64,000 nt of DNA, taken from assembly GCA_030141605.1 (NCBI GenBank), contig JAQGDQ010001076.1:917-64916 (forward strand). The letters run 5' to 3'. Made by a program: the position numbers and the translations under genes. This DNA is from Tubiluchus corallicola (lineage: Eukaryota > Animalia > Priapulida). Below, piece after piece: positions 52,171 to 64,000 of the stretch. The notes below the pieces were generated by a model, which saw only the letters and a program-made list of their open reading frames with translations, ran no database searches and was not told the DNA's origin. Numbering within the stretch: the first letter of the stretch is position 1; each line of letters opens with the position of its first letter.

Positions 52171-52434
52171 TTAAGTCTCTGGGTGGAATGTCAAACGCAT
52201 TCTGACTCTAGTCTGTATTGGCTTACGACACGTGTGTAGCCTTGTAAGCGCCAATGCCACTTGACTTCTCTTAAATTTCACCAGCGTAATTGTGTATTCT
52301 ACACTTTGGGCCACACGTCATAGACGTATTTAGTCTCATCTGTTCAATGATTTGTCCAAGCATATACGCATTACTCCTGTATTTGTGTACACATACTGTG
52401 CATACAAGCCACTTATTGACAAATCAGTTACTAG

Positions 52435-53241
52435 ATCCAACCCTGGCAAGGTGGCGTGTAGCAACCCGAGAAATGTTGGACACAGTCACACAGACTTCAT
52501 CCAACCCTGGCAAGGTGGCGTGTAGCAACCCGAGAAATGCTGGACACAGTCACACAGACTTTATCCAACCCTGGCGAGTAGCATGTAGCAACCCGAGAAA
52601 TGCTGGACACAGTCACACAGACTTTATCCAACCCTGGCGAGTAGGGTGTAGCAACCCGAGAAATGCTGGACACAGTCACACAGACTTTATCCAACCCTGG
52701 CGAGTAGGGTGTAGCAACCCGAGAAATGCTGGACACAGTCACACAGACTTTATCCAACCCTGGCGAGGTAGCGTGTAGCAACCCGAGAAATGTTGGACAC
52801 AGTCACACAGACTTTATCCAACCCTGGCGAGTAGGGTGTAGCAACCCGAGAAATGCTGGACACAGCAACACAGACTTTATCCAACCCTGGCGAGTAGCAT
52901 GTAGCAACAGAGAAATGTTGGACACAGCAACACAGACTTTATCCAACCCTGGCGAGTAGGGTGTAGCAACCCGAGAAATGTTGGACACAGTCACACAGAC
53001 TTTATCCAACCCTGGCAAGGTGGCGTGTAGCAACCCGAGAAATGTTGGACACAGTCACACAGACTTTATCCAACCCTGGCGAGTAGCATGTAGCAACCAG
53101 AGAAATGTTGGACACAGCAACACAGATTTTATCCAACCCTGGCAAGGTAGCGTGTAGCAACAGAGAAATGTTGGACACAGCAACACAGACTTTATCCAAC
53201 CCTGGCAAGGTAGCGTGTAGCAACAGAGAAATGTTGGACAC
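52435..53241. repeat. 63-bp minisatellite, ~13 copies
   Basis: Unit atccaaccctggcgagtagggtgtagcaacccgagaaatgctggacacagtcacacagacttt. Confidence 0.95.
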
Positions 53242-53358
53242 TGATTAGATTCAACCCCAGGAGAATGGCTTGTACCAATCAGATAAGTGTCAGACGCTAA
53301 TCCAACCCAGGCACCTCCACACAAGTGACACCACCCACACCATGCTGCAAAACAACAA

Positions 53359-53414
<56 letters not shown>

Positions 53415-54582
53415 ACAAGATCAACACCACCACCAAGAACAACAACGACAACAATAACAAATTTTTACACAAAGTTGAAACTGCACGAAATGGCAAACGC
53501 ATCCACTGATGATCAATAATGCGCGAACATTTTACACAGTCTTTGTTAACTGCTCTCTAAATTTTGGTAATGAGCTAATTGTTAACAGATCAAAGATAAA
53601 GTTTACGATTGTCACAAAACCCAATTGTTCGTGAAAACTTAGATTGCACATTGTTTGCCTCACATTGTCTTATCTCACATTGTTATATCTCACAGTGATG
53701 TCACTGAATGAATGGCAGAGTTTTGTATTACATGAATGAGAACGAAAATGAGGCTGGCTTCATGACGAAAAAGATCTCTTTTTAAGAACCACATGGTGAG
53801 CGAGTAACTAAAAAATGGAATATCCTTACATAACAGCGGATAATAGAAATGACCAGATAAAGCCAAGAAGAACTAACCAGGCGACCAATCAACCAGCCAA
53901 ACAGACAACTAATCAGTCGGTCAACCAAACAAGCAAACAAATAAACAAACTATGCAATAAACCAACCAAACAGACAAACAAATCAACAAACCATACAATA
54001 AACCAAACAAACAAACAAATAAAGAAATTTAGATAAACAAATCAACAAACCATACAATAAACCAAACAGACAAACAAACAAAGAAACAACGAATAAGGAA
54101 GAATATAAAAAAATAAAACTTCTGATAAGCAAAGAAACAAACAAATATTCAGAAAACATGCAAACTCAAATGTTGTTTATGACCTCAATTGCATATCGGC
54201 TATTATAAGGATTACACAGGCGGTACGCTTATTCCATGTACCTAATCGAAATGGCTTCCCTGAACAATAGAGGTAAAATGTTCGTGCGTAGACACAACCT
54301 GCAAAATTAATAAGCCATAATCCTTCTCTGTCAATAACGTGTTCGGTCAAGGGTAAACTTCAGATTTGCATCTCAGCTTCCGTTCATAACATCGTTTCTC
54401 TTTAATTAATTAATTAAGCGACTAATGAGTCATTTATTTCACATTACACATTTACAATAATTTCATGTACAATATCTAGTGAAAGGGCCTACAATGAACG
54501 TAATACAAATAAGAAATACTGCACAGGAAAAGCCTCAAACACTGTTCACCTATATACGTATGTAAATCTGTTGCGGGCAATC

Positions 54583-55414
54583 AAAAAGCAGGGCTTGTTA
54601 GATTGTCCCACACTAAAAGCAGGGCTTGTTAGATTGTCCCACACTAAAAGCAGGGCTTGTTAGATTGTCCCACACTAAAAGCAGGGCTTGTTAGATTGTC
54701 CCACACTAAAAGCAGGGCTTGTTAGATTGTCCCACACTAAAAGCAGGGCTTGTTAGATTGTCCCACACTAAAAGCAGGGCTTGTTAGATTGTCCCACACT
54801 AAAAGCAGGGCTTGTTAGATTGTCCCACACTAAAAGCAGGGCTTGTTAGATTTCCCACACTAAAAGCAGGCTTGTTGATGTCCCACACTAAAAGCAGGGC
54901 TTGTTAGATTGTCCCACACTAAAAGCAGGGCTTGTTAGATTGTCCCACACTAAAAGCAGGGCTTGTTAGATTGTCCCACACTAAAAGCAGGGCTTGTTAG
55001 ATTGTCCCACACTAAAAGCAGGGCTTGTTAGATTGTCCCACACTAAAAGCAGGGCTTGTTAGATTGTCCCACACTAAAAGCAGGGCTTGTTAGATTGTCC
55101 CACACTAAAAGCAGGGCTTGTTAGATTGTCCCACACTAAAAGCAGGGCTTGTTAGATTGTCCCACACTAAAAGCAGGGCTTGTTAGATTGTCCCACACTA
55201 AAAGCAGGGCTTGTTAGATTGTCCCACACTAAAAGCAGGGCTTGTTAGATTGTCCCACACTAAAAGCAGGGCTTGTTAGATTGTCCCACACTAAAAGCAG
55301 GGCTTGTTAGATTGTCCCACACTAAAAGCAGGGCTTGTTAGATTGTCCCACACTAAAAGCAGGGCATGTTAGATTGTCCCACACTAAAAGCAGGGCTTGT
55401 TAGATTGTCCCACA
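54583..55414. repeat. 31-bp minisatellite, ~27 copies, inside a dispersed repeat (54480-55602)
   Basis: Unit taaaagcagggcttgttagattgtcccacac. Confidence 0.97.
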
Positions 55415-55635
55415 CAGTTAAAGGAAAAAAAAGTAATGGAAATAATCTGAAAATTTAAAGTGTATTGTATGATAAAGAAAACATTTAGTGCTTAATATGG
55501 AATGATATAATGAATGAAGCTCATATATGGGATGATATGAAAGACAGAAAGACTATTATTTGCTAACAGTATGTAAAATTAAGATAACTTGATTAAGCTA
55601 ACTAATTAAACTGAACTTTAGTACACGAGCGTTAA

Positions 55636-56312
55636 AGCACAAGAACCCCCCCCCCCCCACGTACATAAATCTTAAAAATTCGTCCGTGAAATTTTATGCC
55701 AGTTTCATACAGCCTTTTTGCTTGCAGGGCTTGCTTCGGCAGTAACGCTGTATAAAACATGTAAATTTAAACTCCCGCGATGACAGTTGGGCGCAGGTAT
55801 TTTAATGGTAGGTCGTTTGAAACAAGTTTAGATAACATTGCGCGAATAATGAAAAAATAATCAGAGCATGCAAAGTACAAATGTTACTAAGTAAAATTTT
55901 AAATTACTGTATCTTGTCAGTAAGACTAAAAATACGTTTTTGGTTAGTGAGTGGCGCACCCTGGAGGGTGAGTCAGCGACATTTTACCAATTGGCACAAA
56001 CATTTTAAATTATTATTTCTAATTACATAAGCCTTTCGGCAGGTAAGCGAAATGCTAAGTAATGTACGTTTGCATAGAAAGTTTTTGAGACATAATTTAT
56101 TTAACATTTCCTTTTCTTTCCCTGATTTACGTTTGCGTAGGTGACGTCATGTAATGGCGACTTCGGAACAATGTCCCTGGAGATTTAAAATGAAAACAAA
56201 CAAAAATTCCTTTTAACGCGAGTACGATATGCGCATAAAATTGCTGTAAATAAATATCATTTTTAAGGCGATTTTTCTGAAACCAAACTTCAGGTACCCC
56301 TTTTCTTGCCTT
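55636..56312. mobile_element. TTAA-flanked MITE (Kolobok-like)
   Basis: TTAA|AGCACAAGAA...TTCTTGCCTT|TTAA; homologous to 51503-52170. Confidence 0.7.
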
Positions 56313-56367
56313 TTAAGGCTTAGCGGCCGAGGCGTTTATTCTGCTGCTGTCGTCGCTTTTTGTTGTG

Positions 56368-57691
56368 TTGATGAGGATGCTGGTTGTTGATGAGGATGCT
56401 GTTTGTTGTTGAGGATGCTGTTTGTTAGAGTCGTTGATGATGATGATGAGGACGCTGTTTGTTAGAGTCGTTGACGATGATGATGAGGATGCTGTTTGTT
56501 AGAGTCGTTGATGAGGATGATGATGAGGATGCTGTTTGTTAGAGTCGTTGATGAGGATGATGATGAGGATGCTGTTTGTTAGAGTCGTTGATGAGGATGA
56601 TGATGAGGATGCTGTTTGTTAGAGTCGTTGATGAGGATGATGAAGAAGATGCTGTTTGTTAGAGTCGTTGATGATGATGATGATGAGGAGGAGGATGCTG
56701 TTTGTTAGAGTCGTTGATGAGGATGATGAAGAGGATGCTGTTTGTTAGAGTCGTTGATGATGAAGATGCTGTTTGTTAGAGTCGTTGATGATGATGATGA
56801 TGATGATGAAGATGCTGTTTGTTAGAGTCGCTGATGATGATGATGAGGATGCTGTTTGTTAGAGTCGTTGACGATGATGATGAAGATGCTGTTTGTTAGA
56901 ATCGTTGACGATGATGATGAAGATGCTGTTTGTTAGAGTCGTTGATGAGGATGATGATGAAGATGCTGTTTGTTAGAGTCGTTGATGAGGATGCTGTTTG
57001 TTAGAATCGTTGACGATGATGATGAAGATGCTGCTTGTTAGAGTCGTTGATGAGGATGATGATGAGGATGCTGTTTGTTAGAGTCGTTGATGATGATGAT
57101 GAGGATGCTGTTTGTTAGAGTCGTTGATGAGGATGATGATGAGGATGCTGTTTGTTAGAGTCGTTGATAATGATGATGAGGATGCTGTTTGTTAGAGTCG
57201 TTGATGATGAAGATGCTGTTTGTTAGAGTCGTTGATGAGAATGATGAGGATGCTGTTTGTTAGAGTGGTTGATGATGATGATGAGGATGCTGTTTGTTAG
57301 AGGAGTCGTTGATGAGGATGATGAGGATGCTGTTTGTTAGAGTCGTTGATGAGGATGATGAGGATGCTGTTTGTTAGAATCGTTGATGAGGATGATGAGG
57401 ATGCTGTTTGTTAGAGTCGTTGATGAGGATGATGAAGATGCTGTTTGTTAGAGTCGTTGATGAGGATGATGAGGATGCTGGTTGTTAGAGTCGTTGATGA
57501 GGATGATGATGAGGATGCTGTTTGTTAGAGTCGTTGATGAGGATGATGAAGATGCTGTTTGTTAGAGTCGTTGATGAGGATGATGAAGATGCTGTTTGTT
57601 AGAGTCGTTGATGAGGATGATGAAGATGCTGTTTGTTAGAGTCGTTGATGAGGATGATGATGAGGATGCTGTTTGTTAGAGTCGATGCTGT
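56368..57691. repeat. Compound minisatellite: constant core plus variable (GAT/GAG/GAA)n linker
   Basis: gatgctgtttgttagagtcgtt followed by variable triplet runs. Confidence 0.95.
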
Positions 57692-58323
57692 CCTAAAGTT
57701 GATGTTGAATTTTTAAAAGAAAATGCCGTAATCAGCAAAATTTGATTGTCGGATTTCTCAATTCAAAAGTTTTTGTACAAAAATAATTTTTGAAAAGCGT
57801 ATCAGCTTCGGAAAGAAATTAAAAAAGATTAGCTGTACTTTCCTCTAGGATCCATGAATTGGTTCCATCAACTCGCGCAATTTTGGTCTTCGAAGAAGCT
57901 TCTCTCTCCTAGAATCCTTTGATGCAGGAAGCTGTCCCTAATCCAGTTAAAATTGCTACTTGCTGATTTCAGGCGAAATGCTCGGTTTCCGAATTGTCAG
58001 TTCCAAACTTAATTAGGGCATCATGTTTCTACGATCGTTAAACTTCCTCTCTTCACTGAGACGCTGGGATTTGAGCCATAAAGAGGCTAGAATCTCGTAA
58101 AAAACTTTCGTATTACAAGATTTTGCAGGGAAGATGTTTCGTACGTTTTCTAAGTTGCAACAAAAACCAACTTTTAATAAATCATTTTGCTTAATTTATT
58201 CACAGTGAGTTAAAAGAGAAATGGAGGCAATCATAGTCTATATAGAGCAGCTATCGGAGCTACTCAATTTAATTCGACTTTATTTTCTCAATAATAGTTA
58301 AAAATTCCACACGGTTATTTTAA

Positions 58324-58648
58324 CCCTTTCAGTCCTAAATTATTTTTTAACAAAAAAATTGCTGCTTGGTAATTTTGTTCAGTATGCCCATCTTTTTTAC
58401 ACGTAATAATTATTTTTTCTATGCTATGTAGATGTTCTAGTTTGCCATTTTATCACTATTTTTAGTCTTATCTGAATGGCTTAAATCAAAATAACTATTA
58501 ACTGATCAAATAACTGTCAGTTTTCAAATTTTATTAAAAACATTTTATTAATTTTAAAGACAGAAAAAGTTCTCGTATCCCACGGGATACAATGGGTATG
58601 AAAGGGTTAACCACTGTGATCTCACGGGATACAATGGGTATGAAAGGG
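58324..58648. mobile_element. piggyBac-type MITE with a duplicated right end
   Basis: TTAA|CCCTTTC...GAAAGGG|TTAA ending at 58606 and again at 58648; homologous to 4859-5311. Confidence 0.75.
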
Positions 58649-58883
58649 TTAACATTTCACTGTAACTGAGGAGCAGCGAAAGACCTGTTGGTCACTTGAT
58701 CAGCTGGCCCTAATTGCTAATTGTTAGTACTAAATTTTCACTTACAAAATTTAAGCGGCCTAATTAAATTTCAAGAAATAAAAAAGATTTCTGCAAATGT
58801 AGAAAGTAGGGGTGAGCATCGAACGCTCGAATTCGATTCGAACGAGTTTTTTCAGTTCGAACTCGATTCGAATAATTCAGCAC

Positions 58884-58933
<50 letters not shown>

Positions 58934-59730
58934 GAAAGAAACTTAAAAACTAAAAGAAACCCTTGGCATAGATGAATATTATTGCTGGAAAAGCGGATGC
59001 TTAAAATACCGTGCTGCTTAAACACAGAAATGTGTAATTATTAGAAATAAACTATAGTCGAGTGAAATTGTTTTTACTATAAATGTTATCTCAATCAATG
59101 TTCATTTGGATAACGTGCTTGTTTCAGACAAACGCGCGCCATTACTGATTAAATTCATTCTCCAGTATAAATAATTATGTTGCTGTGCTCGAATACTTCG
59201 CATACTCATAAATATGTAAAGTTTATGGAGACAATACGCTGCGTGGCTTCAAGAGTGGAGAGTGGCTTCAAGAGTGGCTGTATAAGACGAGGACACGCTA
59301 AATAAAACTTACTGAGATTTGCATTTCTGTCATCATCACATATAACTATGCTGAACTTCTTTCTAATTCATTTCTTCTCTCTTTTTCTCTATCTCTGTCT
59401 ATTATTTTATCTTAACTACTCCCTGTTTTTCTATAATTCTCTCTCTTGTAAATTAAGTCGTTTTTTCACTTTTCATGGTGATCTTACAAGCTTTGCTTCT
59501 TGACCACCATGCAGCATCTATTTCTTGTTGACAAACTATTATGTAGTTTAGTAACTATGTTAGTATACTTCTGTTAAATTTTTGTAATTGTATTTGGAAT
59601 TTTTTTCCTAACTATATCAGACTAAAGTATACTAATGTAGTTCTGTTACAATTATTGCAACTATATTTCATTTTCTAGTTATAGGGCATAATAGTTAAAG
59701 ATAATAATGCAAATTCTAGTGTAAAAACAC

Positions 59731-60158
59731 TAGAGGTGAGCATCGAACGTTCGAGTTCGAACATTCGAATCGAATTCGAACGCTCGAATTCGATTCGAAA
59801 GAGTTTTTTAGTTCGAACTCGATTCGAATCCAAAACTATAGATTCGAATAATTCAGCACTTCAATCACACATGTTCCTGATGATTAAAACGATTGAAACA
59901 ACATGCAATTAACATAATTTAGCTGTGATTTCTGCACACAATTTTAGAGAAATTACTAGTCGTTTTATTGCAGAGCAAAATCTAGTGATATGCATGATCT
60001 TTGTAAGACTAATTTTTACTGGTGGTTCGAAAACTAGTTCGAAAATCGTTCAATCTCAATTCGAATTCGAAACACTGAAATTCGTTTCGATTCGAATTCG
60101 AAAGTCACAAGTTCGATTCGATTCGAATTCGCTTTCTGGTAGAGAATGCTCACCCCTA
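59731..60158. mobile_element. TTCGAA-rich hAT-like MITE
   Basis: TAGAGGTGAGCAT...ATGCTCACCCCTA; aaaacac on both flanks; homologous to 9441-9877. Confidence 0.75.
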
Positions 60159-61504
60159 AAAACACATGCTGAAGTGATAATAAATTACAAATTACAAATT
60201 AACTGAGTACGGACTCTATGTTTACGTGAGGTACACTTGCACAAACAGGAAACGAATTAGCACATAGCTAGTCACCTTTGGCGAATTCCTCTGGTTTATC
60301 ATATTTTAGGAAAACTGGTCAAGATTCGGTAAATATTTGGACCCGTGTTGCTAATGGTCGAAGCAAAACTCTCCTAATCCACAGATACCATAGAGGTTAA
60401 GTTCATTTCTCACCGATCCTTGATGAAACCCCGACAAAGCTGATCGTCTGTTGTTGGCATGTCAGCTTGTTTAGGCTTGTTACAGCATTGATATAGCTTA
60501 AATTTCCCTCTAATCTTACTGTACTTATTTGCTTCTGAATGACCTTTTACATTAATAGTGTTCTAGTTTTCTGTATTTAAGCTGTGTAAGACAGGTCTGC
60601 TTGGAACATTTAGACCTGTGGGCTAGCCAGGTTATGTTCCGTTGTATTTCAGTATAGTGCTATTTCAGTATTTATAATTATGTTATTTCAGTATTGATAA
60701 TTATGTTATTTGATTCAGTGATTGTACCTGATAGTATAGATGTTACAATATAATTCCTCGTGATTTGTTAATGATTGTTTTTTTTATTTGATTGAAAAAG
60801 CTAACAGGCTTAATAATTGTGGGCAAAGTTTAATTCATTAACAGCTCTCCCACCTATTTCAATGCCCACAATTGAACATGCCTTTAGATTATTCCAGCCA
60901 ATATGGTACCAGCCCAAACATCCTTAACAATTATCAGACTGGTGATGTAGAAAAAAACAGTAATTCATTGAATAATGTAGTTCAAGCTCCCACTGTAAAT
61001 AACACAAATTCAATGTTCAAAGAAACACGTGATATTGGAACTAAAGTTAACTGGGCACTGCCTGAATTGATAGAGGGCATGCACGATCTAGGGAATTGCG
61101 TGTTCCCTGCTGTAGTGACACTGAAATAATTATGTTACTTTCTGCAAAAAGTTTGAAGTCTTTGGACATTGAAGTTTACAAGGCGTCTGAATCCTTAGAA
61201 ATGAAGACATGGCATTTGGGAGTTTGCTGTGTCATTTTCCATATTATACCGTTTTAACAGGTAACCATGCAATAAATGTCAAGTCTTAGGACGTTCGTAC
61301 TTGCATCAATAAATGCAGATATTATATAATATAGCATTTGCCTCATCCTCGATGGTTCTGCAATCTCGAAAAAGACTTTTTTCTTGTTTAAAAATTTAAA
61401 TGTTTGGTTTTATATTACTGGCTCTAAAACTCTCGTAACTAAACGTATTAGGTTCGTTTAGGCAGGTTTTGCAAGCTTTTTTCAGCTGACGACTTTAATA
61501 ACAT

Positions 61505-61830
61505 TGATGATGATGATCATGACGACGATGATGATGATGATGATGATGACGATGATGATGATGATGATCATGTTGTTGTTATTGTTCATGATGACGACGA
61601 TAACAATGATGACAATGATAATTATGATGGTAATGATGACGACGATGATGATGATGATGATGACGACGATGGCGACAATGATGATGATGGTGATGATGAT
61701 GTTGTTGTTCTTCATGATAAGTATGATGATGATGATAGCGATGATGATGATGTTGTTGTTGTTCTTCATGATAAGGATTATGACAATGATGACGACGATG
61801 TTCATGATGGCGATGATGCTACTGATGCTG
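61505..61830. repeat. Degenerate (GAT)n microsatellite
   Basis: Triplet repeat producing the poly-Met/poly-Ile ORFs. Confidence 0.9.
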
Positions 61831-62544
61831 TTAAGATTTTCTTTGCAGTACCTAACCTAAGTTTAGACTCTGCATAACGTGGTTCAATCCTAATTTATCG
61901 AACAGACTGATAGGAAACAAGACTGAATGAATTCACATCCAAATCCGCTAACATAATACCACAAACGTGTTTACACCTGACTATGCCTGGTCGCGCTTGG
62001 TTAACTTATGTCAACAATTGTAAATTATTTCGCTCAAGGGTGACAAACAGTGTGCACGGCGGCACGAACTAATTATCACTTGACTCTACCTGAACCTATG
62101 TGGTTACGGAACTAATTATCACTTGACTCTACCTGAACCTATGTGGTCACTCCTGTCTGTCCAAGAAGTATAAAAGTTCGTGACTCCACGATTAAACTTT
62201 TGGAATTATTTTAATGTTTCGATTTGAGGGACAAAGACGTTTGCCGTAATTTTACATTTTGCTATCTGTTTCGAACCAATCCTATGTTTTTGTCTACATC
62301 ATTTTCTGAACCACAACACCCAGTGCCTATCATGAAAGTTTTGTGACACGATCTACCCCATTTCTGAGTTATTCAATCTTATGCATGTTGGCTCCTATCT
62401 CGGGCCCTTAAAAAATTCAACTGTATAAAAATGCAGGTACACATCTATCTAGGAAGAGTTGAATGTCAATAAAGAAACTGTTCGATGTCCAGTGTCTTTG
62501 ACCCTTTGAGAGAGGTCATTACTCACTGCACTACTTTCAAAGCC

Positions 62545-63702
62545 TTTAGTTTAAACATAATTTATTTAGGATTGGATCAGACAGTTTGTACAACATGATT
62601 TAGGATCCTCTCCACAACAGACTTTACACACTATTTACAAAAACATTTACAGTAAGAATAGACTATAACTACACAAGCTGACAAGTTTTACTACAAGAAT
62701 ACATTAGACAATAGTAACATTTACAGTAAGAATAGACTATAACTACACAAGCTGACAAGTTTTACTACAAGATTACATTAGACATTAGTAACATTTACAG
62801 TAAGAATAGACTATAACTACACAAGCTGACAAGTTTTACTACAAGATTACATTAGACATTAGTAACATTTACAGTAAGAATAGACTATAACTACACAAGC
62901 TGACAAGTTTTACTACAAGAATACATTAGACATTAGTAACATTTACAGTAAGAATAGACTATAACTACACAAGCTGACAAGTTTTACTACAAGATTACAT
63001 TAGGTATTAGTAACATTTACAGTAAGAATAGACTATAACTACACAAGCTGACAAGTTTTACTACAAGAATACATTAGACATTAGTAACATTTACAGTAAG
63101 AATAGACTATAACTACACAAGCTGACAAGTTTTACTACAAGATTACATTAGACATTAGTAACATTTACAGTAAGAATAGACTATAACTACACAAGCTGAC
63201 AAGTTTTACTACAAGATTACATTAGACATTAGTAACATTTACAGTAAGAATAGACTATAACTACACAAGCTGACAAGTTTTACTACAAGAATACACTAGA
63301 CAATAGTAACATTTACAGTAAGAATAGACTATAACTACACAAGCTGACAAGTTTTACTACAAGATTACATTAGACAATAGTAACATTTACAGTAAGAATA
63401 GACTATAACTACACAAGCTGACAAGTTTTACTACAAGATTACATTAGACATTAGTAACATTTACAGTAAGAATAGACTATAACTACACAAGCTGACAAGT
63501 TTTACTACAAGAATACATTAGACAATAGTAACATTTACAGTAAGAATAGACTATAACTACACAAGCTGACAAGTTTTACTACAAGATTACATTAGACAAT
63601 AGTAACATTTACAGTAAGAATAGACTATAACTACTCAACCTGACAAGTTTTACTACAAGATTACATTAGACATTAGTAACATTTACAGTAAGAATAGACT
63701 AT
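62545..63702. repeat. Dispersed repeat carrying the 74-bp tandem array (~14 copies)
   Basis: Same leader and unit as 696-1432, same orientation. Confidence 0.92.
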
Positions 63703-64000
63703 ACTTAGTTTTTAGTATACTTTAGTATACTGAAGTTTTACTACAGTGATACATTAGACATTAGTAGAAAATGACGGTTAGTAAATATTAATGTACGATT
63801 ATTTAAGAATGATGCATTTTATATCAGATAGAAACTACTGGAAGCGTTTAGTACGTAATATAAAGTCATGTATACATTGGAGTATTTTACAGTTAGTAAC
63901 ATGGTTAAATTCATCTTTACCGAATAATAACAACTTCAACAGATCATTATTTCCTAAGGCAGCTATATTAAGGTTTTGGGGCAGAAGTATTACCATCATT

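Noticed and set aside
53696-53795. Acceptor/donor-bounded + strand segment
   Set aside because: Stops in all three frames and no other support
53820-53827. ATATCCTT U12 donor-like motif (also at ~44503)
   Set aside because: On the + strand (wrong orientation for Cav3) and not preceded by a Cav3 exon-1-like frame
56368-57691. Constant repeat with variable spacers resembling a CRISPR array
   Set aside because: Spacers are only GAT/GAG/GAA triplet runs, there are no cas genes and the context is a eukaryotic intron
61482-61860. Poly-Met / poly-Ile ORFs
   Set aside because: Degenerate (GAT)n repeat

Overview
AT-rich eukaryotic (invertebrate animal) genomic DNA. The main feature is the 5' half of a T-type voltage-gated calcium channel gene (Cav3, CACNA1G/H/I-like) on the minus strand. 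I reconstruct 16 phase-compatible exons between 38632 and 1448 (~3.2 kb CDS, ~1060 aa), covering domain I, the I-II linker with the gating brake and APRASPE motif, domain II and part of the II-III linker. The most 5' visible exon is preceded by a U12-type (AT-AC) acceptor, and I found no exon 1, so 38633-64000 is probably one long minor-class intron. Introns are packed with private minisatellites, hAT/piggyBac/Kolobok/Tc1-type MITEs, a bipartite non-autonomous RTE retroelement (3 copies with TSDs) and LINE 3' ends. Most notable observations: an in-frame triplication of the splice acceptor of the domain II turret exon (exon 12a-like), a second triplicated acceptor in domain I, a phase-compatible Cav3-like exon on the opposite strand, and several minisatellites that expanded inside dispersed repeats. 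Most long ORFs in the supplied track are repeat artefacts. All coordinates were read by eye and copy numbers are approximate.
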